This document shows positions 36,559 through 51,339 of a stretch of 64,000 bases of DNA, in pieces. Each line of letters begins with the position of its first letter. Position 1 is the stretch's first letter. The notes under the pieces are model-generated. The model saw only the letters and a list, made by a program, of their open reading frames with translations. It had not been told where the DNA came from and made no database searches. The stretch is from Acidobacteriota bacterium (lineage in GTDB: Bacteria; Acidobacteriota; Vicinamibacteria; Vicinamibacterales; Fen-181): assembly GCA_017883185.1 (NCBI GenBank), contig JADGOB010000004.1:5940-69939 (forward strand). The letters are read 5' to 3'. Made by a program: the position numbers and the translations under genes.

Positions 36559-36720
36559 CTAACCGCCGAGCGCCGTTCGGCGCCGGAACTCGTCGGTCAG
36601 CCGTCGCGTGACCGGGCCGGGGGTTCCATCGCCGACGACGCGGTGCTCGACGCGGACGACCGGCATACACTCGGTCGTGGTGCCCGTAAGGAAAATCGCG
36701 TTCGCGGACAGCGCCGTCAA
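36559..36720 (-). pseudogene. C-terminal remnant of a class IV (branched-chain / D-amino-acid) aminotransferase
   Basis: The minus-strand frame reads (TAG)-LTALSANAIFLTGTTTECMPVVRVEHRVVGDGTPGPVTRRLTDEFRRRTALGG-stop. This is the characteristic C-terminal block of fold-type IV aminotransferases (..EVFLTGTAAEI.PV..vdg..IGdGkpGPvt..L...f). An in-frame TAG lies immediately upstream and the stop is 26 nt before the racemase ATG. Confidence 0.55.
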
Positions 36721-36788
36721 CTAGCGTACCCGCCATCGACCGGTTGAGGCAAGGGCCGTGAACCTGCGGTGCCGGCCCACCTGCGCGG

Positions 36789-36817
36789 TTGACAGTATCG
36801 CTCGCGGAGAAGAGAAT
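36789..36817 (+). promoter_or_regulatory. Sigma-70-like promoter candidate TTGACA-N17-GAGAAT upstream of nnr
   Basis: A perfect -35 TTGACA at 36789..36794, a 17-nt spacer, and GAGAAT at 36812..36817. The nnr ATG at 36828 is only 10 nt after the -10, so the 5' UTR would be very short or absent. Confidence 0.35.
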
Positions 36818-36827
36818 CCCAACTCGT

Positions 36828-38396
36828 ATGCGAGTGCTCAATGCGCGCCAGATGCGGGAGGCCGACCGGAGAACGATTCAGGAGATCGGCATCCCGTCGA
36901 TCGTGCTCATGGAGAACGCAGGCCGCCAGGTCGTCGCCGCGATCGAACGGCGATTCCCCGACCTCGCCACCCGGCGCGTCGTCGTGCTCTCGGGCCGGGG
37001 GAACAACGGCGGCGACGGCTTCGTCATCGCGCGGACGATCCTGCCGCGCTCGGCCGGCGTCACCGTCGTGCTCATCGGCGATCCGGCGGACGTGAAGGGG
37101 GATGCCGCCACCAACCTGGCGATCCTGGGCCGGCTCGGCGTGCCGGTCCTGGCGATCGCGGACGGCGCGGCATGGGAACTGCACCTCCGGTGCCTGGCCG
37201 AGGCGGGACTCGTCATCGACGCGCTGTTCGGTACGGGGCTCACGACGCCTCTGACTGGAATCCACGAGAGGGTCGTCGCCGACCTGAACGCGACCTCGGT
37301 CCCCGTCGTATCGGTCGACGTGCCGAGCGGCATGTCGGCCGATACGCCGGAACTCATCGGGCCGTCGGTGCACGCGGCGCTGACGGTCACCATGGCGGCG
37401 CTGAAACTGCCGCTGGTCCTGCCGCCGGCGCTCTCGCGCGCCGGCGAGGTGGTCATCGCCGACATCGGGATCCCCCTCGAAGTCATCGAGTCGGTGGAGG
37501 GGCCGCGCATCGAGCTGATCGACGGCCAGACCGTCCGGGCGCTCATCGTGCCGCGCCCGCCCGAGTCCCACAAGGGATCGTTCGGTCACGTGCTGATCGT
37601 CGCGGGCTCGCGCGGCAAGACCGGGGCCGCCTACCTCGCGGCGGCGGGCGCGTTGCGCTCGGGCGCAGGCCTGGTGACCGTCGCGACGCCGTCTGGTTGC
37701 CAGCCGGTCGTGGCTGGTCTCGGCGCCGAGTACATGACCGTGCCGCTCAGCGAATCGGCCGCAGGGACGGTCGCGGCACGGGCCGCGGCGGAAGTGCTCG
37801 CGAAACCGCACGACGTCCTCGCCGTCGGCCCGGGACTTGGCGGCGGCGACGAGGTGCGCGCCTTCGTGCGCGCCCTGGTCGAGCGAGCGACGGCCCCGAT
37901 GGTGCTCGACGCCGACGCCCTGAACGCCTTCGCCTCAGGTCCCGATCGCCTGGTGGGGCGGGATGGCCACGACATCATCGTCACACCGCACCCCGGCGAG
38001 ATGGCCCGGTTGCTCGGCGTCCGAACCGAACAGGTGCAGGCCGATCGGCTGGCCGCGGCGACCGAACTGGCGACGCGGCAGCGTCTCTACGTCGTGCTCA
38101 AGGGGCACCGCACCATCGTGGCGACTCCCGACGGCAAGCTGTTCGTCAACACGTCGGGCAACCCGGGTATGGCGACCGGCGGGACGGGTGACGTGCTCAC
38201 CGGCATGGTCGCCGCATGGCTGGCCCAGGTGCCCGACGCGGAGGCGGCTTCCAAGCTGGCCGTCTTCGTCCACGGCGCGGCCGGAGATCTTGCGGCGGGC
38301 GCGAGAGGCGAGGTGGCGATGACGGCGGGCGACCTGGTCGAGCATATTGGCGACGCCATTCTGGCGCTGACCGGGCCGGCCCGGGGCGGCCGGTGA
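36828..38396 (+). CDS. nnr: Bifunctional NAD(P)H-hydrate repair enzyme (epimerase + ADP-dependent dehydratase)
   Basis: YjeF_N part VVVLSGRGNNGGDGFV. Kinase-like part GHVLIVAGSRGKTGAAYLA and GGTGDVLTGMVAAW. Confidence 0.9.
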   Translation: MRVLNARQMREADRRTIQEIGIPSIVLMENAGRQVVAAIERRFPDLATRRVVVLSGRGNNGGDGFVIARTILPRSAGVTVVLIGDPADVKGDAATNLAILGRLGVPVLAIADGAAWELHLRCLAEAGLVIDALFGTGLTTPLTGIHERVVADLNATSVPVVSVDVPSGMSADTPELIGPSVHAALTVTMAALKLPLVLPPALSRAGEVVIADIGIPLEVIESVEGPRIELIDGQTVRALIVPRPPESHKGSFGHVLIVAGSRGKTGAAYLAAAGALRSGAGLVTVATPSGCQPVVAGLGAEYMTVPLSESAAGTVAARAAAEVLAKPHDVLAVGPGLGGGDEVRAFVRALVERATAPMVLDADALNAFASGPDRLVGRDGHDIIVTPHPGEMARLLGVRTEQVQADRLAAATELATRQRLYVVLKGHRTIVATPDGKLFVNTSGNPGMATGGTGDVLTGMVAAWLAQVPDAEAASKLAVFVHGAAGDLAAGARGEVAMTAGDLVEHIGDAILALTGPARGGR

Positions 38397-38410
38397 GCCT
38401 CGGTCCCCGC

Positions 38411-38866
38411 ATGGTCGAGCGGCAACGACTCACCGTGCGGTCGGAGGAGGAGACCGCGCGCGTGGCCGCCGAGTTGGCTACCACGCTGCGCCCCGGCTCG
38501 ATCGTGCTGCTCTACGGGGATCTCGGGGCCGGCAAGACGGCGTTCGTGCGCGGCATGGCGCCGGCGCTCGGGATCGATCCAGACGAAGTCAGCAGCCCCA
38601 CCTTTGCGCTGGTGCAGCCGTACGCCGGCTCGCGCGCGACGCTGTTCCATGTCGATCTCTACCGGCTCGAAGGGGCGGAGATCGACGAACTGGGGCTCGA
38701 CGACCTCGCGACGGACGGCGTCGTGGTCGTGGAGTGGGCGGAGCGGCTACTGCGGCCGCCGGCCGGTGCGATCCGCGTCCGGCTCTCTGACCTGGGCGGC
38801 GACCGTCGTTCCATCCGGATCGACTGCCCGGGGCGGGCCGGTTCGGACCCGGCCGAGGCCGACTGA
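38411..38866 (+). CDS. tsaE: tRNA t6A37 biosynthesis ATPase TsaE
   Basis: Walker A LLYGDLGAGKTAFVRG, SPTFALVQPY and HVDLYRL. The start could instead be the GTG at 38393, overlapping the nnr stop. Confidence 0.85.
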   Translation: MVERQRLTVRSEEETARVAAELATTLRPGSIVLLYGDLGAGKTAFVRGMAPALGIDPDEVSSPTFALVQPYAGSRATLFHVDLYRLEGAEIDELGLDDLATDGVVVVEWAERLLRPPAGAIRVRLSDLGGDRRSIRIDCPGRAGSDPAEAD

Positions 38867-38886
38867 CCGCGACCAACGGGGGAGGC

Positions 38887-44561
<5,675 letters not shown>

Positions 44562-44598
44562 GTAAGGAGAGACTGTGTGACGACGGGGGTATCCACAG

Positions 44599-44628
44599 AT
44601 TGTAGGAGAGGTTCGCAGGATCGGTCAA
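44599..44628 (-). promoter_or_regulatory. Sigma-70-like promoter candidate for secA (TTGACC-N18-TACAAT on the minus strand)
   Basis: The plus strand shows attgta at 44599..44604 and ggtcaa at 44623..44628. It lies between the M23 peptidase stop (44660) and the secA ATG (44561). Confidence 0.45.
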
Positions 44629-44659
44629 GGCAACGGCACGGCCCGCGGGCGCGGTGGAC

Positions 44660-45577
44660 CTACGGCCGACGATTGCCGGTCAGCAGCGCGAGAGGATTCG
44701 TCAGCTGACCGTTGACCAGGAGTTCGTAGTGCAGGTGCGGGCCGGTCGCACGACCGGTCGCACCAACCTGCCCGAGCACCTGGCCGCGTTCGACGCGCTC
44801 TCCGGGCCAAACAGAAAACGCGGAGAGGTGCGCGTATCGGGTCACCAGGCCAAAATTGTGGTTGATCGCTACCACGTTGCCGTAGTCGCCATTCCAGCCT
44901 GCCGACTGCACGGTGCCGTCCGCGGTCGCGTAGACGGGCTGCCCCTTGTCGGCGGAAATATCGATGCCGGTGTGGGCTGCACGTCCCCGGCCGAACGGGT
45001 CCTCCCGCATCCCGAAGGTCGCAGAGAGCGCGCCCCGGGCCGGCCAGATGGACGGCGTGGCGCCGAGCAATTCGGCGCGGCGATCCAGATCCCCCTGCGC
45101 AAGCTCGAGGCGACTCGTCAGGCGTCCGAGGACCAAGCGGAGAGTGCCAAACGTATCTTCCGGTGAGGCAAGTGTCGGGGACAGGACGGAACGGGCGATG
45201 GGTGTGGCAGTGGAGCCGCCGCCCATGGCACGGGACCTGACCGCGGCGGGCAGCTTCGCCAGCGCGCGAGCCGAATCGGGGTCGAGGATGGCCTTTTCGC
45301 TGAGGTCGCCGACCGCCGCCTGCACGCTTTCAACCTGGTCCGTCAGCTCGGCCGTCATCGCCCGGAAGCTCTCGTTCTGAAGCTGCAGAGACGCGGCCGT
45401 CTTCCGGATGTTGCTGAGCTCGGCGAGCGTACTCCACCGAGTGCCCAGCCCGACGAGCACCGGCAGGCTGAACACTACGGCCAGCGTCGTCAGCGTCGGC
45501 CGCAGGCTGAGAGTCCACCGCCGTACGACGCCCGTCGTGCGGTCCGCGATGACGATGGTATAGCGTCTCGACTTCAC
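44660..45577 (-). CDS. M23-family (LytM) peptidoglycan metalloendopeptidase with an N-terminal TM segment and coiled coil
   Basis: Metal ligand motifs HTGIDISA (HxxxD) and GPHLHYE (HxH). N-terminal hydrophobic segment LTTLAVVFSLPVLVGL. Confidence 0.9.
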   Translation of the reverse strand: MKSRRYTIVIADRTTGVVRRWTLSLRPTLTTLAVVFSLPVLVGLGTRWSTLAELSNIRKTAASLQLQNESFRAMTAELTDQVESVQAAVGDLSEKAILDPDSARALAKLPAAVRSRAMGGGSTATPIARSVLSPTLASPEDTFGTLRLVLGRLTSRLELAQGDLDRRAELLGATPSIWPARGALSATFGMREDPFGRGRAAHTGIDISADKGQPVYATADGTVQSAGWNGDYGNVVAINHNFGLVTRYAHLSAFSVWPGERVERGQVLGQVGATGRATGPHLHYELLVNGQLTNPLALLTGNRRP

Positions 45578-45729
45578 CCGGCTGGTACTCCCGCGATGTG
45601 ACAGGTCTCAGCGTTTCCTGAATCGGCCGGCCCAGAACGCCGCGACGGTCGCCAAGCGCTGGACTTTATCACAGGAACGGCTGTGTTCCCAAGACGGAAA
45701 TCGTTGCAAGCGAACAAAGCGCGAAGACG

Positions 45730-45756
45730 AACTCCCCGACAATTCGTCCGGGAGTT
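45730..45756 (-). terminator. Stem-loop AACTCCC(C)GAC-loop-GTCCGGGAGTT downstream of comM, followed on the minus strand by a moderately T-rich stretch
   Basis: Read directly; the stem has one mismatch. It is about 90 nt after the comM stop. Confidence 0.3.
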
Positions 45757-45844
45757 TGGATCGCGGCCGGGCGCTGAGGCGGTGCAAGTGCTCGGACGAT
45801 ACACCCGTCGCGGTGTTCGTCATACTGCGGCATGGCATGACGTC

Positions 45845-47392
45845 CTACATGCGCACGACTTCCCTGGCGTCATCGTTCACTCTGTACTGGAGTGCTTCGC
45901 CCACATGCAGCGCGCCCACCGAGTCGGCGCCTGCCAGATCGGCAATCGTCCGGGCAACCTTCAGGACGCGGTCGTACCCGCGCGCGCTCAGCCCGAGACG
46001 CTGAACGGCCTGCTCGAGCAGTCGCCTGGCGGCCATGTCCGGACGGCACTGCCGCCACACCGATCGTCCCTGCAACTCCGCGTTCACCCGGACGCCGGCG
46101 CTCGCGCACCGATCCTGCTGGCGCTCGCGGGCCTGCAGGACGCGGTCACGAATGGCCGAGGACGGCTCGGCCTGGGGATCCTCGCCGAACGTGGCGGCGG
46201 GCACGGCGGGAACCTCCACGATCAGGTCGAGGCGGTCGCGGAGCGGGCCCGAGAGACGTCCGCGATATCGAGAGACTTCGGGCGGCGTACACCGGCACAC
46301 GCGGGTCTCGTCGCCAAGGAAGCCACATGGGCATGGGTTCATGGCAGCCACGAGCATGAACCGTGAGGGGAAGACGGCCGTCCGCGCCGCGCGCGCGATC
46401 GTCACGAATCCATCTTCGAGCGGTTGCCTGAGCACCTCGAGCACCCGCCGGTCGAACTCGGCCATCTCGTCGAGGAACAGCACGCCGTTGTGCGCCAGGC
46501 TGATCTCGCCGGGGCGGGGAAGGGTACCGCCGCCGACGAGGGCGACGTCGGACACGGTGTGATGCGGCGCGCGGAACGGCCTCTCGCGCAGGAGGCCCAC
46601 GCCGGGCGGCAACAGCCCGCACACCGAGTGAATCGACGTGCACTCCAGCGCCTCCTCGAACGACAGGGGCGGGAGGATGCCCGGCACCCGTCGCGCCATC
46701 ATCGTCTTCCCGGCGCCGGGGGGACCGATCAGCAGCAGGTTGTGTCCGCCAGCCGCCGCGATCTCGAGGGCGCGTCGCGCGAGGGACTGGCCCCGCACCT
46801 CGGAGAAGTCCCGCGCCGGTCCTGCCGGCGGTGTCACCGGGGCCGGCGGGGCGGTTCGTGTGATCGATCCCGGGGCGTTCAGGGCCATGACGGCATCGGC
46901 CAGGCAATCGACAGGGATCACACCCAGTCGCTCAACGACAGCCGCTTCGAGGGCGTTGGCGGTCGGCAAGAGAATGGCGTTCACCCCGTCCTTCAGGGCG
47001 GCCGCCGCTATCGGCAGCACCCCGCGGGTCGCCTGGATGCCCCCGTCGAGCGACAGTTCGCCGAGCAGCACGATGTCGTCCACCCGCCGACGTTCGACGA
47101 TGCCCGTAGCGGCCAGGATGCCAAGCGCAATCGGCAGGTCGAACGAGGAGCCCGCCTTGCGCACGTCGGCGGGGGCGAGGTTTACGGTAATGCGGTGTGG
47201 GGGGAAGTCGAACCCCGAGTTGCGGATGGCGCTCCGGACACGGTCCCGGCTCTCACGGACGCTCGGGTCTGGCAGGCCGACCAGCGTGAACGACGGCAGG
47301 CCGAACGTCACGTCCACTTCGACGTGGACGGGGAAGGCTTCGATGCCAAAGACCGCGGCGCTTCTGAGGCAGGCGAGCACGGCGCATCTCAT
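45845..47392 (-). CDS. comM: YifB/ComM-family Mg-chelatase-like AAA+ ATPase
   Basis: N-terminus GIEAFPVHVEVDVTFGLPSFTLVGLPDPSVRESRDRV, Walker A GPPGAGKTMMA, and GVLFLDEMAEF. Start set at MRCAVL (ATG 47392). Confidence 0.9.
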   Translation of the reverse strand: MRCAVLACLRSAAVFGIEAFPVHVEVDVTFGLPSFTLVGLPDPSVRESRDRVRSAIRNSGFDFPPHRITVNLAPADVRKAGSSFDLPIALGILAATGIVERRRVDDIVLLGELSLDGGIQATRGVLPIAAAALKDGVNAILLPTANALEAAVVERLGVIPVDCLADAVMALNAPGSITRTAPPAPVTPPAGPARDFSEVRGQSLARRALEIAAAGGHNLLLIGPPGAGKTMMARRVPGILPPLSFEEALECTSIHSVCGLLPPGVGLLRERPFRAPHHTVSDVALVGGGTLPRPGEISLAHNGVLFLDEMAEFDRRVLEVLRQPLEDGFVTIARAARTAVFPSRFMLVAAMNPCPCGFLGDETRVCRCTPPEVSRYRGRLSGPLRDRLDLIVEVPAVPAATFGEDPQAEPSSAIRDRVLQARERQQDRCASAGVRVNAELQGRSVWRQCRPDMAARRLLEQAVQRLGLSARGYDRVLKVARTIADLAGADSVGALHVGEALQYRVNDDAREVVRM

Positions 47393-47557
47393 CTGCAAGA
47401 GATCGGCCGCCCGACGAATAGGCAGGGTGAACGGGAATTGCGACACGGGCCGCATCGCCCATGCTCGGGTCAGGATGAATCTGCGCTACGGGGCATTCAG
47501 GACGTGGCAGAAACTGAGCAGAATGGGCCGAGCCTCTTTGGTTCCGGCTCGACCGGG

Positions 47558-49306
47558 TTATGGACGCTGATGATTGTTGCGCGACGCGAAGACCGTCAGG
47601 CGCGAGCCCGGCATCAGATAGTCTCTGGTCAGCCGGTTCCAGGCTTTGAGCGACGCCACCGTTGTCCGGTAGAGCCGCGCGACCGAGAACAGCGTGTCGC
47701 CGCGCTTGACCTGGTGGGTCAGTTTCACCTTGTTCACCGGGTCGGCGGGTGTCGCCCGCGACACCGCCTTTTCCTCCGGCGCGACCGATCGGGTCTCTGC
47801 CACGGCCACCGGCGCGGGCCTGTCCGGCCGGCCAGCCAGCAACAGCGCGGGATCCACCGGGATGACAAGGTTCTGGCCAGGCCTGACCAGGGCCTTGGTG
47901 GAGAGGTAGTTCGCGTCCGCCAGGTCCGTGCGGTTGACCAGCAGTTTCCTCGCGATGGTCGCCAGCGTGTCCCCGCGCTTGACGGTGTACCACTTCAGCG
48001 ATGCCGTATCGATGGGAGTCAGTTCCGAGAGGCGCGCTTCGAGCGCTGCCGCGGTTCCCCTCGGCACCTTGATCTCGTAGTCGGTGTGCCGGACCGGGGT
48101 CGTCCATCGCCGCAGTTCCGGGTTCAGCCCCTGGATCTCGGAGACCGTGGTGCCGGCCCACTCCGCGATCCTCCGGAGGTCGACCGGCCGGGGCACCTTG
48201 ACCTTCTCGTAGTCGAGCGGTGCCTGTGGCGAGAGGTCGAACCCATACTGAGCGGGGTTTCGGGCGATGACGATGGCGGCCAGGATCATCGGCACGTACT
48301 CCCGGGTTTCCCGCGGGAGGGCCTTCTGCCGGTCGGCCAGCGCCCAGAAATCCGCCATCCCGGCCCGTTTTACCGCCCGTTGCACCAGGCCGGGCCCGCC
48401 GTTGTAGGAGGCGAGTGCCAGGTGCCAGTCGCCCGAGAAGGCGAGGACGAGCGCCCGAAGGTAGTTGGCCGCAGCGCGGGTCGCCTTTTCCGGATCCGAC
48501 CGCTCATCCACGTACCAGTCACGCTTGAGGCCATGCTCGAGCGCGGTGCCGGCCATGAACTGCCACACGCCCTTCGCCTTCGCGCGGGAGACCGCGTTCG
48601 GGTTGAACGCGCTCTCGATGAGCGGCACGTAGGCCAAATCGAGCGGCAACCCCCCGGCCCGGAACACGTCCTGGATCATCGGGAGATAGCGCGCGCCGCG
48701 CTCGAGGCCGGTGGTGAACCAGTCGCGAAGGCGTCCCTGGAAGAGTTCGATGTACGCCAGAACCCGCGCGTTCAGCGGGATGGCGATGTCGTGAGAGGTG
48801 CTCTTGAGATCGAAGGCGACGGTTTTCTTCGTTTCCGGCGAGGATGCCGCCGGGGCGAAGGTGGACTCCTCGAGCAGCGCGTCTATCGACGCCGGCTCGT
48901 AGCGCTTCTCGGTGAACCCGTCGCCTTCGGCCAGCGCCGTCACCTCGTAGGCACTGATCCGATCCACCAACCGGTCGAAGTGCTCGCGAAGTCGAGCGTC
49001 GAAACGGGCGCCGTAGGGAGATTGCACCAGCACGTCGATCGCCTGGTCGAACTCGATTCTGGCGCGCTCGAGGTGGCCGATCGACAGCTCCTGCTGACCG
49101 CTGTCGAAGTGTCTCTGCGACGTTGCGACGAGCGTCGCAATCGGATCCCGCGCAGGAGCCGGCGGCGGGGCCGGGATCGACTGTTGCCCCGTCTTGGGCG
49201 GCGGTGCTGTGACCGGGAGGTGCGCCTGGGATCGCGCCGAGCACCCTGCGATCGTCGTGGTAAGCAGCGCCAGTGCCAGCGCTGGCCGCGCGCAACGTGG
49301 AACCAT
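47558..49306 (-). CDS. Membrane-bound lytic murein transglycosylase (MltD-like) lipoprotein with C-terminal LysM repeats
   Basis: GGAGGTG precedes the ATG at 49306. Lipobox LLTTTIAGC, SLT catalytic region PLIESAFNPNAVSRAKAKGVWQFM, and LysM repeats YTVKRGDTLATIARK and HQVKRGDTLFSVARLY. Confidence 0.85.
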   Translation of the reverse strand: MVPRCARPALALALLTTTIAGCSARSQAHLPVTAPPPKTGQQSIPAPPPAPARDPIATLVATSQRHFDSGQQELSIGHLERARIEFDQAIDVLVQSPYGARFDARLREHFDRLVDRISAYEVTALAEGDGFTEKRYEPASIDALLEESTFAPAASSPETKKTVAFDLKSTSHDIAIPLNARVLAYIELFQGRLRDWFTTGLERGARYLPMIQDVFRAGGLPLDLAYVPLIESAFNPNAVSRAKAKGVWQFMAGTALEHGLKRDWYVDERSDPEKATRAAANYLRALVLAFSGDWHLALASYNGGPGLVQRAVKRAGMADFWALADRQKALPRETREYVPMILAAIVIARNPAQYGFDLSPQAPLDYEKVKVPRPVDLRRIAEWAGTTVSEIQGLNPELRRWTTPVRHTDYEIKVPRGTAAALEARLSELTPIDTASLKWYTVKRGDTLATIARKLLVNRTDLADANYLSTKALVRPGQNLVIPVDPALLLAGRPDRPAPVAVAETRSVAPEEKAVSRATPADPVNKVKLTHQVKRGDTLFSVARLYRTTVASLKAWNRLTRDYLMPGSRLTVFASRNNHQRP

Positions 49307-49518
49307 GTCACCTCCCCGGCACGGCCCAGCCGGCATGGCTGGACCAGAGTTCTCGAGACGGCGCGCGGGGGGCGTCGCCAGCCCGTTTGAGTGTGTCGCC
49401 TCGCCGAACCATACCACCGGGCGGCGGACCGGGTCAACCATTTCACGCCTGCAAGTCCTTCAGGTTCAGCACGAAGGAATATCAGTCTCGGCTTCCACCC
49501 TGCCGGCCACACCTCAGT

Positions 49519-49548
49519 TTGCCCGGCTTCAGACACCTGCGTTACTAT
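49519..49548 (+). promoter_or_regulatory. Sigma-70-like promoter candidate TTGCCC-N18-TACTAT at the head of the pilus-type cluster
   Basis: It lies in the AT-rich part of the divergent intergenic region, about 65 nt upstream of the ATG at 49612. Confidence 0.35.
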
Positions 49549-49611
49549 ATGATGCTTTGATAGATATGACTGATCCGTTGCCTTCTCTGTACTAGGCCAG
49601 CTGAACCTGCC

Positions 49612-50484
49612 ATGAAGACTCGCCTGCTCGTGTGTGCGCTTATCGTCCTGGCGGTGGCCGTCGGCGGTTGTCGGAAATCGGCCAACGAGCCCCCGGTCGC
49701 CACGCCGTCGCTCACGGTCAGCCAAACGCGGGTGCCCCTCGGCAGTCCGCTGGAACTCACCTACGAGTTCAAGGTAGCAGCCGATGCCCCGGCGTTCGCC
49801 GAAAACTACCGGGTCTTCGTGCATTTCGTTGATGCCGACGAAGAATTGATGTGGACCGACGACCACTTCCCGCCCACGCCGACGACGCAGTGGAAGGCAG
49901 GTCAGACGATAAAATACAACCGGTTGCTGTTCGTCCCCGTCTATCCGTATGTTGGCGACGCGGCGATCGAGGTTGGGCTGTACGGGAACGGCAACAAGCG
50001 CCTGCCGCTGGCGGGGACCGAGAAGGGGCAGCGGGCCTACCAGGTCGCGAAGATCCAGGTGGCCCCGCAGACCGAGAGCATCTATCTCACGTTCAAGGAT
50101 GGCTGGCACCTGGCGGAAATCGCGGCCGACAACGCCAGCAACGAATGGCACTGGACGAAGAAGGACGCGACGCTGTCGCTCAAGAACCCCAAGCGGAACT
50201 CCATGTTCTACCTGGACTACAGCGGCCAGCCGAAGGTGATGACCGAGGCGCAGACGGTGACGGTCAGCATCGGCGGTAACGTCGTCGAGACCTTCCAGGT
50301 CGGCCGAGCCGGGGAGGTTCGACGGATTCCGCTGACGGTGACGCAGTTGGGCACGGGGGAACAGGTGGAGCTGAAGCTGAGCCTCGACAGGACGTTCGTC
50401 CCGGCGGTTGTGACAGCGGGGGGCCAGAACGACAAGCGGGAACTGGGGTTGTGCGTGTTCCACGCGTTCGTCGAGGCACGGTAG
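49612..50484 (+). CDS. Lipoprotein of unknown function (two beta-rich modules)
   Basis: Signal and lipobox MKTRLLVCALIVLAVAVGGC. The C-terminal end FVPAVVTAGGQNDKRELGLCVFHAFVE resembles the end of the GT-C-like protein at 864..2807 (FVPKLRETGSEDRRFLGALVRLE). Confidence 0.7.
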   Translation: MKTRLLVCALIVLAVAVGGCRKSANEPPVATPSLTVSQTRVPLGSPLELTYEFKVAADAPAFAENYRVFVHFVDADEELMWTDDHFPPTPTTQWKAGQTIKYNRLLFVPVYPYVGDAAIEVGLYGNGNKRLPLAGTEKGQRAYQVAKIQVAPQTESIYLTFKDGWHLAEIAADNASNEWHWTKKDATLSLKNPKRNSMFYLDYSGQPKVMTEAQTVTVSIGGNVVETFQVGRAGEVRRIPLTVTQLGTGEQVELKLSLDRTFVPAVVTAGGQNDKRELGLCVFHAFVEAR

Positions 50485-50542
50485 CCCGACGAGCGAAGAG
50501 CGGGCCGCAGACAGCTGACAGCGGGCAGTCCACGGGGAGGGC

Positions 50543-51205
50543 ATGCGCCAGGGCGTTCGACGGGCAATCGTGGTTTTGGCTGTCGCCTTGCTGGCCTGGC
50601 AGGGGCTGGCCGGGGTGTGTGCCGCAGAGCTCGTCTTCCTGAGCACCGGGCGCACGATGACCGCCCGTTCTCACCGCGTGGAAGGCGACCAGGTGATCCT
50701 CACGCTCCGCAGCGGCGGCGAGATCACCTGTGAGGCCTCGCTGATCACCCGGATTGCGCCTGACGAAGTGGCGTACCCGGAGCCCGAGGCGCTGCCAGCC
50801 GCCGATGCCGGGCCGCTGGCGGCGGTGCCCTATGCAGAGATCATCGACCAGGCGGCGAGCCGTCAGGGGGTGGACCCGCGGCTGGTGCGCGCGGTGATCC
50901 AGGTGGAGTCGGCCTACCAGGCTGACGCCCGGTCCCGAAAAGGGGCTATCGGCCTGATGCAACTGATGCCCGACACGGCGCGGCGTTATGCCGTGTCCGA
51001 CCCGTACGATCCGGGCTCGAATATCGAGGCCGGGATCAAGCACCTGAAGATGCTGCTCGGCCGATTCGAGTTGTCGCTGGCCCTGGCCGCCTACAATGCG
51101 GGCGAGGCGGCGGTCGAGCGGTTCCGTGGGATCCCGCCGTATCCCGAGACGCAGAACTACGTCCGACAAGTGATGCGGCGACTCGGGCCTGTCGTATCCC
51201 GATAG
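50543..51205 (+). CDS. Soluble lytic transglycosylase (SLT domain) protein
   Basis: Signal peptide, then VIQVESAYQADARSRKGAIGLMQLMPDTA and AYNAGEAAVERF. Confidence 0.85.
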   Translation: MRQGVRRAIVVLAVALLAWQGLAGVCAAELVFLSTGRTMTARSHRVEGDQVILTLRSGGEITCEASLITRIAPDEVAYPEPEALPAADAGPLAAVPYAEIIDQAASRQGVDPRLVRAVIQVESAYQADARSRKGAIGLMQLMPDTARRYAVSDPYDPGSNIEAGIKHLKMLLGRFELSLALAAYNAGEAAVERFRGIPPYPETQNYVRQVMRRLGPVVSR

Positions 51206-51304
51206 CCGGTTCCATCAAGCCATGACCTGCGCCGGGAACGCTTCTGCCGACATCCGAAGAGCGCGGGACACGCAAGGAAAGTTGATCTATTCACACGCAC
51301 CTGA

Positions 51305-51320
51305 GGGCATGACAATTACG
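51305..51320 (+). promoter_or_regulatory. Weak sigma-54-like element GGGCAT-gacaa-TTACG upstream of pilC
   Basis: GG at -24 and TT at -13/-14 have correct spacing, but the -12 element reads AC rather than the highly conserved GC. It sits in a low-GC patch 20 nt before the ATG at 51340. Confidence 0.2.
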
Positions 51321-51339
51321 GATCTCTCCACGGCTTGCG

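Noticed and set aside
49489-49504. CGGCTT-N5-CTGCC as a sigma-54 promoter upstream of the lipoprotein gene at 49612.
   Set aside because: Only the GG and GC dinucleotides match and the flanking consensus positions do not. A chance occurrence is likely.
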